From: Terriglobia bacterium
GTDB lineage: Bacteria > Acidobacteriota > Terriglobia > JAJPHL01 > JAPKYU01
Assembly: GCA_965206645.1 (NCBI GenBank)
Contig: CBDBKE010000004.1
Coordinates: 2,144,001 to 2,208,000, forward strand
Direction of reading: 5' to 3'
DNA: 64,000 nt
Shown piece after piece: positions 9,845 through 19,479 of this stretch. A program made the position numbers and the translations under genes. The first letter of the stretch is position 1, and each line of letters begins with the position of its first letter. Below the pieces are notes generated by a model. That model searched no databases and was not told the DNA's origin. It was given only the letters and a program-made list of their open reading frames with translations.

Positions 9845-9937
9845 CAGGTGTCAGGTTGCAGTTCTCCTGAGGTTTAAGTCTCCCTCACCGTGTCTCTTTG
9901 CGGCAATCCTGACACCTGAAACCTGACGCCTGAGACC
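9845..9937. repeat. Heptamer (CCTGANR) STRR/REP-like element
   Basis: CAGGTGTCAGG (9845-9855) is inverted with CCTGACACCTG (9908-9918); tandem CCTGACA CCTGAAA CCTGACG CCTGAGA. Confidence 0.65.
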
Positions 9938-9943
9938 TTGCTC

Positions 9944-11593
9944 ATGCCCACTCCTTGGACGCAGGTTTATTACCCCTGGGGGCCGGGGTTGTGGCCCCTG
10001 TCAACGTTGGCGGCCGTGCTGCCGGTGCTGGTGCTGTTCACCTTCCTGCTGAAACATGCCCGGCCGCACATCGCCGCCATCGCCGGCGCGCTGACGGCCC
10101 TGCTTTGCTCAATCGCGCTGTTTGGGATGCCGGCGCCGCTGGCGCTGGCATCCTTCAGCTTTGGCGGCGCCTTCGGTCTGCTGCGCATCTGCTGGATCGT
10201 GCTGAATGCCGTGTTCCTCTACGACATTACGGTGGCCAGCGGGCAGTTCGACGTCATGCGCGCTTCGGTGGGCTCCATCTCCGCCGACCGGCGGCTCCAG
10301 GCGCTGCTGATAGCCTTCAGCTTCGGGGCGTTCATCGAGGGCGCCGCTGGCTTCGGCGCTCCTGTAGCCATTTCGGCGGCGATGATGGCCGGTCTGGGGT
10401 TCAACCCGTTTAAGGCGGCGGCCCTGTGCCTGATCGCCAACACCGCGCCGGTGGCTTTCGGCGCCCTGGGCACCCCGGTCCACACGCTGGCGCTGGTGAG
10501 CGGGCTGAACGAGAGCGACCTGTCGGCCATGAACGCGCGCATTCTGCCGCTGGTTTCCCCCATCGTCGCCTTCTGGCTGGTGCGCGCTATGGTGCCCTGG
10601 AAGCAAACCTTCCAGGTGTTGCCCGGCATCCTGGTCACCGGCCTCAGCTTCGGGGTCGTGCAGTTCTACTGGGGTAACTATCAGGACAGCAACCTGGTGG
10701 ACATCATGGCCGGAATTGCGGCGCTGCTGGCCACCGTCGTCTTTCTCCGCTTCTGGCAGCCCAAGGAAATCTGGCGCTTCCCGGAGGAACGCGGAACGGC
10801 CGTGGTCGGCCACGACTACACCCGCAAGCAGGTGCTGAGGGCCTGGATGCCCTTCGCCATCCTGACTCTTTTCGTGCTTCTGTGGGGTTTCATCCAGCGC
10901 CCGCTGGACAGCTACACACGAATTGACTTTCAGTTTCCCGTGCTGCACAACGCCGTGTGGCGGGACGCGCCGGCGGTGCCGGAAAAAACGCCGGAGGCGG
11001 CCGTCTACCGGTTTGCCTGGCTGTCGGCCACCGGCACGGCGGCTTTCTTCTCGGCCGTTTTATCCGGGCTGCTGCTGGGGATGAGCCCGCGGCGCATCTT
11101 CCAAATTTTTGGGCACACGGTCTACCGCATGCGCTTTGCCCTCACGGCCATCTTCTTCATGCTGGGACTGGCCTACGTGACCCGTTACTCCGGCATGGAT
11201 GTCGTGCTGGGCCTGGCCTTCACCCGCACCGGCGCGGTCTACCCGTTCTTCGCTGCCTTCCTGGGGTGGCTGGGCGTGGCGCTGACAGGCAGCGACACCT
11301 CCTCCAATGCCTTGTTCGGCAGCCTGCAGCGGATCACCGCCGAGCAGCTCAGCTTGGACCCCATCCTGATTGCCTCAGCCAACAGCACCGGTGGAGTGAT
11401 GGGCAAGATGATTGACGCGCAGAGCATTGTGGTGGCGGCGGCGGCCACCAACATCGTCGGGCGGGAGGGAGAGCTGCTGCGCTACGTCTTCTGGACCAGC
11501 GTGGCGCTGGTCTCCGTGGTCGGCGTCATCATCCTGCTTTACGCATACGTGTTTCCGCAGTTCGTCCCCCACGGCCTCACCTTCATGCAGTAG
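9944..11593 (+). CDS. lctP: L-lactate permease (LctP/LldP family)
   Basis: FIEGAAGFGAPVA, NTAPVAFGALGTP, LTGSDTSSNALFG and GGVMGKMI motifs; many TM helices. Confidence 0.92.
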   Translation: MPTPWTQVYYPWGPGLWPLSTLAAVLPVLVLFTFLLKHARPHIAAIAGALTALLCSIALFGMPAPLALASFSFGGAFGLLRICWIVLNAVFLYDITVASGQFDVMRASVGSISADRRLQALLIAFSFGAFIEGAAGFGAPVAISAAMMAGLGFNPFKAAALCLIANTAPVAFGALGTPVHTLALVSGLNESDLSAMNARILPLVSPIVAFWLVRAMVPWKQTFQVLPGILVTGLSFGVVQFYWGNYQDSNLVDIMAGIAALLATVVFLRFWQPKEIWRFPEERGTAVVGHDYTRKQVLRAWMPFAILTLFVLLWGFIQRPLDSYTRIDFQFPVLHNAVWRDAPAVPEKTPEAAVYRFAWLSATGTAAFFSAVLSGLLLGMSPRRIFQIFGHTVYRMRFALTAIFFMLGLAYVTRYSGMDVVLGLAFTRTGAVYPFFAAFLGWLGVALTGSDTSSNALFGSLQRITAEQLSLDPILIASANSTGGVMGKMIDAQSIVVAAAATNIVGREGELLRYVFWTSVALVSVVGVIILLYAYVFPQFVPHGLTFMQ

Positions 11594-11744
11594 AGTCGGT
11601 GGAGAGCCTTCAGCGAAATCAGGCAGAGCACGCTGGTGCACAGCAGGCGTACCGCGCGGCTGTAGTTCTGTTCCAGGTAGCCGTAGTTGGTCACGGCAAT
11701 CTCGGATTGCGGATTTCGGAATGGCAGATCGCCGGCTGTTTCTC

Positions 11745-12851
11745 TCACAAATCGGAACAGGCTGGATAGCCTGGAATCCCCTTGGCATGCAGGATGGCGG
11801 AGACCACGGCAGCTGCGACTACCTCGGCGGCCAGCGGTCCAACGATGCCCTGCGGGCCGGCCCCGAGGAAACTGGGCGCGCGCCCCGCGGCCAGTTTCAG
11901 CTTTCCGGTGGCCACAGCAAACAAGGTGTCTCCATCGGCCCGCGTGTGCACCGGTTGGATCGCCCGCGCCAGCCCGTCGTGCGCCATCTGGGCTACCTTG
12001 TTGGCTTCAGCCTTGGTGAGCGCTGCATTCGTGGCCACCACGCCGATGGTAGTGTTCTGTTTCTGCTTCCGGGAGCTCGGTTTAAAGGAAGGCAGTTTTC
12101 CCTTGCGCAACAGGGCCATCACGTCGGCCAGTCGGTTGCCGCCGGCGGTCCGCGCACCCGCCAGCAGCTTGCCGCGCCGATAGTCGAAAATATCGCCGAC
12201 TGCGTTCACAGCCACCAGCGCCGCCACCACCAGGCCGCCCGGCAGTCGCAAGCTGGCGGTGCCCAGGCCGCCTTTCATGGCGCGCTCACGTCCCAGCAGC
12301 TTGCCGACGGTCGCCCCGGCGCCGGCACCCACATTTCCCTGCTCGAGCTTGGCCCGCGGGCCGCCTCGGGCAGCCTTGCAGGCTTTGTAGCCGGACTCGG
12401 CGGTAGGCCGAATGGCGCTGTCGCCTACCAGCAGGTCAAACAGAATCGCGGCCGGGACAATGGGCACCCGAACGCGCCCCACCCGATACCCGATGCCTTT
12501 CTCTTCCAAGTAGCGCATCACCCCGTCGGCCGCGGCCAGGCCGAAGGCGCTACCGCCGGAGAGTACCAGGGCATGTACCTGTGACACCGTATTGACGGAA
12601 TTCAGCAGGTCGGTCTCGCGCGTACCGGGCGCCCCTCCCCGAACGTCCACGCCGGCGACTGCTCCCTCTTCGCACAATACGACGGTGCAGCCGGTGGGAC
12701 GCCGGTTGTGAGTAAAGTGGCCCACCTTCATGCCTTGGACATCGGTGAGCGAGCCGTTGGGTTCCCAGCCCTCCAGGTCCTGCCCCGTCGCGCAATCACT
12801 GGAAACCGGCATGCCCAAGAGCGGCACCGCTAGGAATCCCCGTCGTTTCAC
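11745..12851 (-). CDS. P1/S58 (DmpA-like) peptidase with a putative Tat signal
   Basis: TDVxGxxVGH, GCTV, GGAPGTRETDLL, GGSAFGL, NTTIGVVATNA and DGDTLF motifs; N-terminal KRRGFL. Confidence 0.88.
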   Translation of the reverse strand: MKRRGFLAVPLLGMPVSSDCATGQDLEGWEPNGSLTDVQGMKVGHFTHNRRPTGCTVVLCEEGAVAGVDVRGGAPGTRETDLLNSVNTVSQVHALVLSGGSAFGLAAADGVMRYLEEKGIGYRVGRVRVPIVPAAILFDLLVGDSAIRPTAESGYKACKAARGGPRAKLEQGNVGAGAGATVGKLLGRERAMKGGLGTASLRLPGGLVVAALVAVNAVGDIFDYRRGKLLAGARTAGGNRLADVMALLRKGKLPSFKPSSRKQKQNTTIGVVATNAALTKAEANKVAQMAHDGLARAIQPVHTRADGDTLFAVATGKLKLAAGRAPSFLGAGPQGIVGPLAAEVVAAAVVSAILHAKGIPGYPACSDL

Positions 12852-13030
12852 CTCGTCTCCTGTTTTCCTCTCCTTCTTTTTGTCGCACGCTTACTCTCTC
12901 CCACTATCATAGCCCTCCGCTAAGGAGGATTTTGCTGCCGATCGGACAAGGTGGCCACCCAGCACAATCTAGGAAACTGCGGCGTCTCGTCGCTCCTGGT
13001 GGTGTATTATGAAATGAGGAAGTGGTATTG

Positions 13031-14026
13031 ATGCCTGATGAACAATTGAAGATCGCGGTATTTGTTGATTTCGACAACGTCCAGATTGGAGTGCGCGACA
13101 CCCTGAAGCAGGAGTTCGACGTTGCCGCCGTGCTGGAGGCCCTCAAGGAACGAGGCGAGGTGGTCAGCAAGATCGCCTACGGCGACTGGAAGCGCCACGG
13201 AAACGCCAGCCGCAAGATGAGCGAGCAGGCGGTGCAGATGGTACAGCGGGACCCCACGCCACGCGGCGACAAGAACGGGGCCGACATCAACCTGGCCCTG
13301 GACGCGCTGGAAATGGCTTTTACTCGGCCCCACATCAACGCCTACGCGATTGTCGGCGGCGACAGCGACTTCGTCGCCTTGGTGGAGAAGCTGAAGCAAT
13401 ATAACAAGGCGGTGTTCGTGGTTGGGGGGCGGGGTTTTACCAGCTCCATCCTGCAGAGAAACTGCCGGGAGTTCCTCAGCTTCGAGAACCTGGTGCATCA
13501 GCCCGCGCCGTCGCGCCGAGCTTCGGTTCCCCGGCAGCCAACGCGCCGCGGTGTGTCGCTCCCGCTCGAAAACGCGCGGCCGCTACTGGAGCGGGCCCTC
13601 AACGTGCTGGCTGAACGAGAGCACCGGCCGTTGCTGGGTCTGGTCAAGAGCACCATGTTGCAGCTCGATTCCACTTTCAGCGAGCGCGACTACGCGTCCG
13701 GCTCCTTCCTGGACCTCATGCAGAAGATGGCTCAGGCCGGTTTCGTGCAACTGGACCGGGTGGACTCAAATTACACGGTGAAGCTGCCAGAACGGATAAT
13801 CTCCCCACTGCCGGCGCCCTTGCTCCAACCGGAGCCGCCTGAAGCGGCAGCGCCCACTGACGGTGGAGCCACTTCCGCAGGCGATGCCCGCACAGCGGCA
13901 GCGGATCAAGAGCCCCCTGCCATCACCAAAGCAGCTCCTGCCCGAAGTGCGGGCGGCCGCCGCCGCCGACGTTCGTCGGGCGCGCGCCGGCGACCTTCTG
14001 CTGCCCCTAGCGACCAGCCCCAGTGA
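13031..14026 (+). CDS. NYN-domain (LabA/DUF88) protein with an OST-HTH/LOTUS-like C-terminal domain
   Basis: VFVDFDN, KNGADINLALD and GDSDF motifs; DSTFSERDY..SFLDL OST-HTH-like segment. Confidence 0.88.
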   Translation: MPDEQLKIAVFVDFDNVQIGVRDTLKQEFDVAAVLEALKERGEVVSKIAYGDWKRHGNASRKMSEQAVQMVQRDPTPRGDKNGADINLALDALEMAFTRPHINAYAIVGGDSDFVALVEKLKQYNKAVFVVGGRGFTSSILQRNCREFLSFENLVHQPAPSRRASVPRQPTRRGVSLPLENARPLLERALNVLAEREHRPLLGLVKSTMLQLDSTFSERDYASGSFLDLMQKMAQAGFVQLDRVDSNYTVKLPERIISPLPAPLLQPEPPEAAAPTDGGATSAGDARTAAADQEPPAITKAAPARSAGGRRRRRSSGARRRPSAAPSDQPQ

Positions 14027-14063
14027 GCCACGCCAAGCTCGGCTGAGCTATCGTGAGCGTTGC

Positions 14064-14618
14064 CTATTGCTGCGTCTCCGGCTTTACCGGAAATTGTTGG
14101 TTATAGACTGCAAGGATCTCGGTGGTGAGATCCACACCAGGCCCGGCATACATGGTTCCCGCGGTGGCGGCGTCAAAAATCGCGGTGTATTGCTTTTCCT
14201 TCCCGTACCTGTTCACGACCTCCAGCAACCGCCCTCGCAAGCGTCCCAGGCCCTCCTCGCGCGCCGCGTTCAGATCGTAGTTGAGGTCTTCATTGAGGCG
14301 CTCTGCCTCTTTCTGCTTCCGCTGGATTTCCAGGGCGCGCTGCTGCCGCTCCGCGCCGGAAACCGCGGGCTGCCTCTGCTGGAATTCCGATTGCAGTTTG
14401 TTCATCTCGGCGGCCAGATCTTGTATCTTCTTTTGCCGCGGCCCGAACTTGCGCTCCATCTCGGCCTGGAATGCTTTGCCTTCCTCACATTCAGCCATGA
14501 CGCGGGTGCTCTCAACCACGCCCAGCTTGCCACTCACCGCCGGTGCCGGAGCCGGGGCCTGACCCACCGCCAGCCAAGTCACCAGCAGCAACATCATCAT
14601 TAGCGGCACTGCTCTCAT
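14064..14618 (-). CDS. skp: OmpH/Skp periplasmic chaperone
   Basis: Signal peptide, KLGVV, long coiled coil and C-terminal AIFD...DLTTEI; GAGGAG RBS. Confidence 0.8.
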   Translation of the reverse strand: MRAVPLMMMLLLVTWLAVGQAPAPAPAVSGKLGVVESTRVMAECEEGKAFQAEMERKFGPRQKKIQDLAAEMNKLQSEFQQRQPAVSGAERQQRALEIQRKQKEAERLNEDLNYDLNAAREEGLGRLRGRLLEVVNRYGKEKQYTAIFDAATAGTMYAGPGVDLTTEILAVYNQQFPVKPETQQ

Positions 14619-14800
14619 CAGCCTCTCCTCCGGCGCCGGAGCGCCTTGTAGGTTTTCTGTCTCTTCTACCATATAAGAACACAGCGGCTTCGGCCAAGAG
14701 GAACTACGGCCAAGAGGAACTCCGGTCTGCTGTGCTCTGTCAGAAAAAGGCAAAGGAGCAGTAGCGCATCACCAGGCTCCTGGCTTACCCTGGAACCTCT

Positions 14801-15703
14801 ATGGCGCCCCCGAAAATTCGCAAGGCGGTCTTTCCGGTGGCCGGCCTCGGAACGCGATTCCTGCCAGCCACAAAAGCGCAGCCCAAAGAGATGTTGCCGC
14901 TGGTGGACAAACCCATCATTCAATATGTGGTCGAGGAAGCGTACCACTCGGGCCTGGACACCATGATCCTGGTGACCGGGCGTGGCAAGACTGCCATCGA
15001 GGACCACTTCGACGTCTCCTACGAACTGGAGAAAATTCTGGAGGAACGGGGAAAGCTCGACCTGCTGGCTCTGGTGCGCCAGATCTCCGACATGATCCAC
15101 ATCTCCTACGTGCGGCAGAAGGAGGCGCTGGGCCTGGGCCACGCCGTCCTGATGGCCCGCGAGCTGGTGGGCCAGGAGCCGTTCGCCGTGCTGCTGGGCG
15201 ACGACATCATCGACGCCTCGGTGCCCTGCCTGCGGCAGATGCTGGACGTCTACGACCGCTGCGGGGAATCCATTGTGGGGATTTACGAGGTGCCCGACGC
15301 GGCCATTTCCGCCTATGGGGTGATCGCAGGGGCCCCAGCGGCACAGGAAAGCAGCGACCGGCTTTATAACGACCGGCTTTATCAAGTCAGCGACCTGGTG
15401 GAAAAGCCGCTCCCAGACCGCACACCTTCCCATCTGGCCATCATCGGCCGCTACATCCTGACCCCGGAAATCTTCGACGAACTGGAGAGAACGCGGCCGG
15501 GCAGCGGAGGGGAAATCCAGTTGACTGACGGCTTGCGCGGCCTGCTCCGCCGAGGCCGGAAAATTTACGGCTACCGCTTCGAAGGCCGCCGGTACGACGC
15601 CGGCGACAAGCTTGGCTTCCTGGTCGCCACTGTCGAGTTTGCTCTAAAGCGAGAGGGGCTGGGAGATGAGTTCCGCGAGTACCTGAAGGGATTGCGTCTC
15701 TAG
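14801..15703 (+). CDS. galU: UTP-glucose-1-phosphate uridylyltransferase
   Basis: AVFPVAGLGTRFLPATK, PKEMLP, LGLGHAV, VEKP and GEIQLTD motifs. Confidence 0.96.
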   Translation: MAPPKIRKAVFPVAGLGTRFLPATKAQPKEMLPLVDKPIIQYVVEEAYHSGLDTMILVTGRGKTAIEDHFDVSYELEKILEERGKLDLLALVRQISDMIHISYVRQKEALGLGHAVLMARELVGQEPFAVLLGDDIIDASVPCLRQMLDVYDRCGESIVGIYEVPDAAISAYGVIAGAPAAQESSDRLYNDRLYQVSDLVEKPLPDRTPSHLAIIGRYILTPEIFDELERTRPGSGGEIQLTDGLRGLLRRGRKIYGYRFEGRRYDAGDKLGFLVATVEFALKREGLGDEFREYLKGLRL

Positions 15704-16185
15704 ACACCGCGTTGGCGCCACCAGGCGCGGATGCGCGCCAGGTGGTCCGCCTCGTGCGTCCAGGCGAACTCCGGCAGCCAGGCGGGCACCGGATAGCGGT
15801 GGGAGGGGTCATCGAGCGCGGCGGGCGGCACGCGGAGTAACGCCCGCACCAGGCTGGCGCGGACGCGCCCGACACGCCGCAAAAGCTCGGCCCAGGACCA
15901 GCGCCGGGCCCGCCGCACCACCCGGGCATTGAAGCGGTCGGCCTCCGCCATGTCGTCAAAGAAGTGGATGTGGTCGCCGCGGCCCCGCCGGATCAGTTCC
16001 AGCCGCCGGGCCCCTTCTTCCTCCCAAGCCACAATGTGCGCGAAGGTGTCCTTCACCGACCACTTCCCTTGAGTGCGTGGTTCCAGGATGGCGCGCTCTG
16101 GAAGGCGCTGGAAAAACCGCAGGCTGGCGGCTCGCGAGCGCTCCATGCGCCGGACTGCCTGCCGACGCCAAGCGACAAGCCGCAC
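15700..16185 (-). CDS. DinB/ClbS-DfsB-like four-helix bundle protein
   Basis: WSVKDTFAHIVAWE and HEADH motifs; coupled to the rnhB stop. Confidence 0.8.
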   Translation of the reverse strand: MRLVAWRRQAVRRMERSRAASLRFFQRLPERAILEPRTQGKWSVKDTFAHIVAWEEEGARRLELIRRGRGDHIHFFDDMAEADRFNARVVRRARRWSWAELLRRVGRVRASLVRALLRVPPAALDDPSHRYPVPAWLPEFAWTHEADHLARIRAWWRQRGV

Positions 16186-16853
16186 TACTCTTCCTCCGCG
16201 AACAGCGGCGGATTTCGCTTCTGTGGTGCTTGCCGGACGGGGAAGGGAGAAGCGGCTGCCACCGGAGCGTACGTTTTGCGATGCAGCGGAGTGGGGCCGA
16301 ATTGCGCCAACGACCGGAGGTGTTGCGGCGTGGTGTAGCCCTTATTGCGCCCCAAGTGGTACTGGGGATACACGGCATCCCATTCTTGCATCAACTGGTC
16401 GCGGTGCACCTTGGCCACAATGGAGGCAGCGGCGATGGAAACGCTTCGGGCATCGCCGTGAATGAGGGCGCGCTGGGACAGGTCCCAGGGAAGGTCGAGC
16501 CGCAGAGCATCCACTAACACCAAGGCGGGGCGAGGCTCAAGACCGAGCACCGCCTCACGCATAGCGAGCTGGGAGGCCCGGTAGATGTTGATGAGATCAA
16601 TGCGGGCTGCGTCCACGGCGGCCACCACCCAGGCGATGGCCTGCTGCCGGATGCTCGCCGCCAGCCGCTCGCGCACCTCAGGGTCCAGTTGCTTGCTGTC
16701 GTTGATACCGCGGATGCGGCGGGCGGGGTCTAAGATAACAGCCGCCGCCACCACCGGGCCGAACAAGGCGCCACGCCCCACTTCATCTACCCCGGCCACG
16801 TAGCGGTGGCCGGCGGCATAGGCCCGGTTCTCCAGGCGCCAAGTGCAACCCAT
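16185..16853 (-). CDS. rnhB: Ribonuclease HII
   Basis: GVDEVGRG, DSKQL, SIAAASIVAKV and NKGY motifs. Confidence 0.95.
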   Translation of the reverse strand: MGCTWRLENRAYAAGHRYVAGVDEVGRGALFGPVVAAAVILDPARRIRGINDSKQLDPEVRERLAASIRQQAIAWVVAAVDAARIDLINIYRASQLAMREAVLGLEPRPALVLVDALRLDLPWDLSQRALIHGDARSVSIAAASIVAKVHRDQLMQEWDAVYPQYHLGRNKGYTTPQHLRSLAQFGPTPLHRKTYAPVAAASPFPVRQAPQKRNPPLFAEEE

Positions 16854-16955
16854 GGAAGTGGGACCAAGGCCATGCTAGTGCCGTCCGAACAATTCCACAA
16901 GAAAATCTCTGTGGCGAGGTCACTGATCTGGTGGGACAGCACTGGACCGGCGATC

Positions 16956-17297
16956 TTATCCCCGTTCGCGGATGCGAGCGGCTTTGCCGCGCCGGCCGCG
17001 CAGGTAGTACAGCTTGGCCCGCCGCACCCGGCCACGGCGCAGCACTTCGATGCGGTCAATCACCTTGGAGTGCACCGGGAAGATACGCTCGACACCTTGG
17101 CCAAAGCTGATCTTGCGGACCGTGAAGGATTTCCCCATTCCCCGGTTCTTACGGGCAATCACGACGCCCTCGAATGCCTGCAGCCGCTCCTTGTCGCCTT
17201 CCTTGATCCTCACGTGCACCCGGACAGTGTCACCTGACCGAAACTCCGGCTGGTCGGCGCGGATGTACTGTTGCGCGATCTTGTCAACGGGATTCAT
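16956..17297 (-). CDS. rplS: 50S ribosomal protein L19
   Basis: [21 protein letters not shown] and RRAKLYYLR motifs. Confidence 0.97.
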   Translation of the reverse strand: MNPVDKIAQQYIRADQPEFRSGDTVRVHVRIKEGDKERLQAFEGVVIARKNRGMGKSFTVRKISFGQGVERIFPVHSKVIDRIEVLRRGRVRRAKLYYLRGRRGKAARIRERG

Positions 17298-18069
17298 GTT
17301 GCTTCCTCTCCTGCTGAATTTCCGACAGCAACTGGCGGTCCTCCCCGCTGAGGTTCACTAGCTCCAGGATTTCCGGGCGGTTGCGGACTGTCTTTTCCAG
17401 CGCCTTCTTGCGCCGCCACCGGCGCACTTGCTCGTGGTGCCCCGAGAGCAACGCCTCGGGCGCTCGCAGGCCGCGAAATTCGGCCGGCCTCGTATAGTGG
17501 GGCCAGTCGAGGATCCCGCCGACGGTTGCGGAGCCTTCGGCGAAGGCGAACGATTCGCGCACCGCTGAAAGCTCGTCTCCCAAGGCTCCGGGCAGCAACC
17601 GAGTGACGCAGTCCACCACGATGGCCGCTGGCAGCTCCCCACCGCTCAGCACGTAGTTGCCGATGCACAACTCTTCGTCGGCCAGATGCTCGGCCACCCG
17701 CTCATCCACGCCCTCATAGCGGCCGCAGATCAGCAGAAGGCGCTCGCAGGTGGCCAACTGCGCGGCCCGCCGCTGGGTCAGCAAGCGCCCCTGCGCCGAT
17801 AGCAGAATGATGCTCTGCTTCGGGTCAGAGCCGCGGTCGGCGCCCCACAGGGCTTCAACCGCAGCGAAGATGGGCTCCGGCTTCAGTACCATGCCCTCGC
17901 CCCCGCCAAACGGCCGGTCGTCCACCACCTGGTGGCGCTCGGTGGTAAAGTCGCGCAGGTTGTGCACTCGAACCTCAAGCAAGCCGGCTTCGCGGGCTCG
18001 GCGCAGAATGCCGTGTTCCAAAGGCCCGGCAAAGAATCCGGGAAAAATCGTCAAGATGTCGAAGATCAT
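17284..18069 (-). CDS. trmD: tRNA (guanine37-N1)-methyltransferase
   Basis: [26 protein letters not shown] and PHYTRP motifs. Confidence 0.97.
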   Translation of the reverse strand: MIFDILTIFPGFFAGPLEHGILRRAREAGLLEVRVHNLRDFTTERHQVVDDRPFGGGEGMVLKPEPIFAAVEALWGADRGSDPKQSIILLSAQGRLLTQRRAAQLATCERLLLICGRYEGVDERVAEHLADEELCIGNYVLSGGELPAAIVVDCVTRLLPGALGDELSAVRESFAFAEGSATVGGILDWPHYTRPAEFRGLRAPEALLSGHHEQVRRWRRKKALEKTVRNRPEILELVNLSGEDRQLLSEIQQERKQHESR

Positions 18070-18099
18070 CAGCTTATGATGGCTTCCTCGGTAGTTAAT

Positions 18100-18198
18100 T
18101 GATTGGTGATTGTTTCATTGACGATTGGTTGATTCGACGATCGAGTGATTCCAGCCAGCGCTTCAAATCGTCACTGTCCAATCTTCAATGATTCAATC
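18100..18198. repeat. AT-rich GATT/AATC 7-8-mer tandem and inverted repeat tract between rimM and trmD
   Basis: GATTGGT GATTGTTT CATTGAC GATTGGTT GATTCGAC GATCGAGT GATT, followed by inverted AATCGTCA...AATCTTC AATGATTC AATC. Confidence 0.55.
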
Positions 18199-18199
18199 C

Positions 18200-18757
18200 T
18201 TACTGATTCAGTCCCAACAATCCGTCGGGCAACTCCACCTCAATGACCCGGCCGGCCAGATCAATTCGCCTGCAAATTTCCTCGGCGAAGGGGACCAGCA
18301 ATTCCCCCTCAGGTGTATCCACCACCAGCACGGGGGTGCCTGGTGTGGGGTCCAGCCAGCGCACCACGCCTAGCTCGCGCCCGCCTTCCACCACCCGGCA
18401 CCCGGGCAGGTCCGACCAGTACACAGCAGAGCCTTCCAATGGGCGGCGGTGGGCGGCCGGGATGCAGACTTCGTAGCCGGCCAGCTTTTTGGCCGCCCCC
18501 AGATCGTCCACTCCTGCGAATTTCAGGATCACCGCGCCCTTGTGAAGCCAGAACCCCTCCAGACGCGCGGGACGGTGGCGGCCGTCGGAGCCCACCAGCC
18601 AAACCGGCTCGGCCCCGGCAAAGCGCTGGGGGAAATCGGTGAGCAGCTCGGCAGCCACTTCGCCCCGGCGTCCCTGTGACCGCCGAATGCAGGCAATCGT
18701 CACGAACGGCTCGGCAGCTTCCGGGCCGGGCGTGTCTGCGGCGCTTGCCTCGGCCAC
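18200..18757 (-). CDS. rimM: 16S rRNA processing protein RimM
   Basis: QGRRGEV, TDFPQRF, ELLVPF and LPDGLL motifs; lies between khpA and trmD. Start (GTG) is approximate. Confidence 0.92.
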   Translation of the reverse strand: MAEASAADTPGPEAAEPFVTIACIRRSQGRRGEVAAELLTDFPQRFAGAEPVWLVGSDGRHRPARLEGFWLHKGAVILKFAGVDDLGAAKKLAGYEVCIPAAHRRPLEGSAVYWSDLPGCRVVEGGRELGVVRWLDPTPGTPVLVVDTPEGELLVPFAEEICRRIDLAGRVIEVELPDGLLGLNQ

Positions 18758-18764
18758 GCTTGGC

Positions 18765-18995
18765 TCACTCCAGGATTTCCAGCGCAAAGCGCTTTTTCAA
18801 TTTCATCCCGGCAGCGCTCAGGATCGTGCGCATGCTCCGGGCCGTACGTCCCTGCCGGCCGATCACTTTGCCCAGATCACCAGGGGCCACTTGCAATTCC
18901 AGCACCGTCGTCCGTTCCCCTTCGATCGCCTGCACCTGCACCTCGTCCGGATGATCCACCAAGGCCCTCGCCATCTGCTCGACGAGTTCCTTCAT
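18765..18995 (-). CDS. khpA: KH-domain RNA-binding protein KhpA
   Basis: [13 protein letters not shown] GxxG loop; position after rpsP. Confidence 0.93.
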   Translation of the reverse strand: MKELVEQMARALVDHPDEVQVQAIEGERTTVLELQVAPGDLGKVIGRQGRTARSMRTILSAAGMKLKKRFALEILE

Positions 18996-19182
18996 AACGT
19001 CTCCCGCTTCCCGTCCCGGCCAGCCGGGAACTCCCGGCCGCTGCTTTGAGCACCCGAAACCTGGGAATGCGAACCGGTGAAGAACCTTTGCGGCCCGGCT
19101 CTTGCCGGTCGGCCGAAAACGATTCGCTGTGTCTGGAAGCGGGCGGTCACCACGTTGAGCGGGTCCGCCGCGCGGGCCCAGT

Positions 19183-19449
19183 TCACGCGCCTAGCTCGGC
19201 GACCTGTTCCTCGGGCCCGGGCTGTTTCTCCAACAGATAACGCACCCGTTCGGAGGGTTGCGCACCCTTATCCATCCAGTAGCGAACGCGGTCGGCGTTG
19301 AGCGCGACCGTCGCCGGGTCCGTCAGCGGGTTGTACTGGCCGACGACTTCCACGAATCTCCCGTTCCGGGCGCGCTCACGCTCGATCACTACTACCCGAT
19401 AAATGGGCCTTTTCTTGGCGCCGAACCGGGCTAGGCGAATTCTCAGCAC
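19183..19449 (-). CDS. rpsP: 30S ribosomal protein S16
   Basis: [18 protein letters not shown] and GAQPSERV motifs. Confidence 0.96.
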   Translation of the reverse strand: MLRIRLARFGAKKRPIYRVVVIERERARNGRFVEVVGQYNPLTDPATVALNADRVRYWMDKGAQPSERVRYLLEKQPGPEEQVAELGA

Positions 19450-19479
19450 CTGCTCACCTCCTTGCTTTGATTAGCCGCT

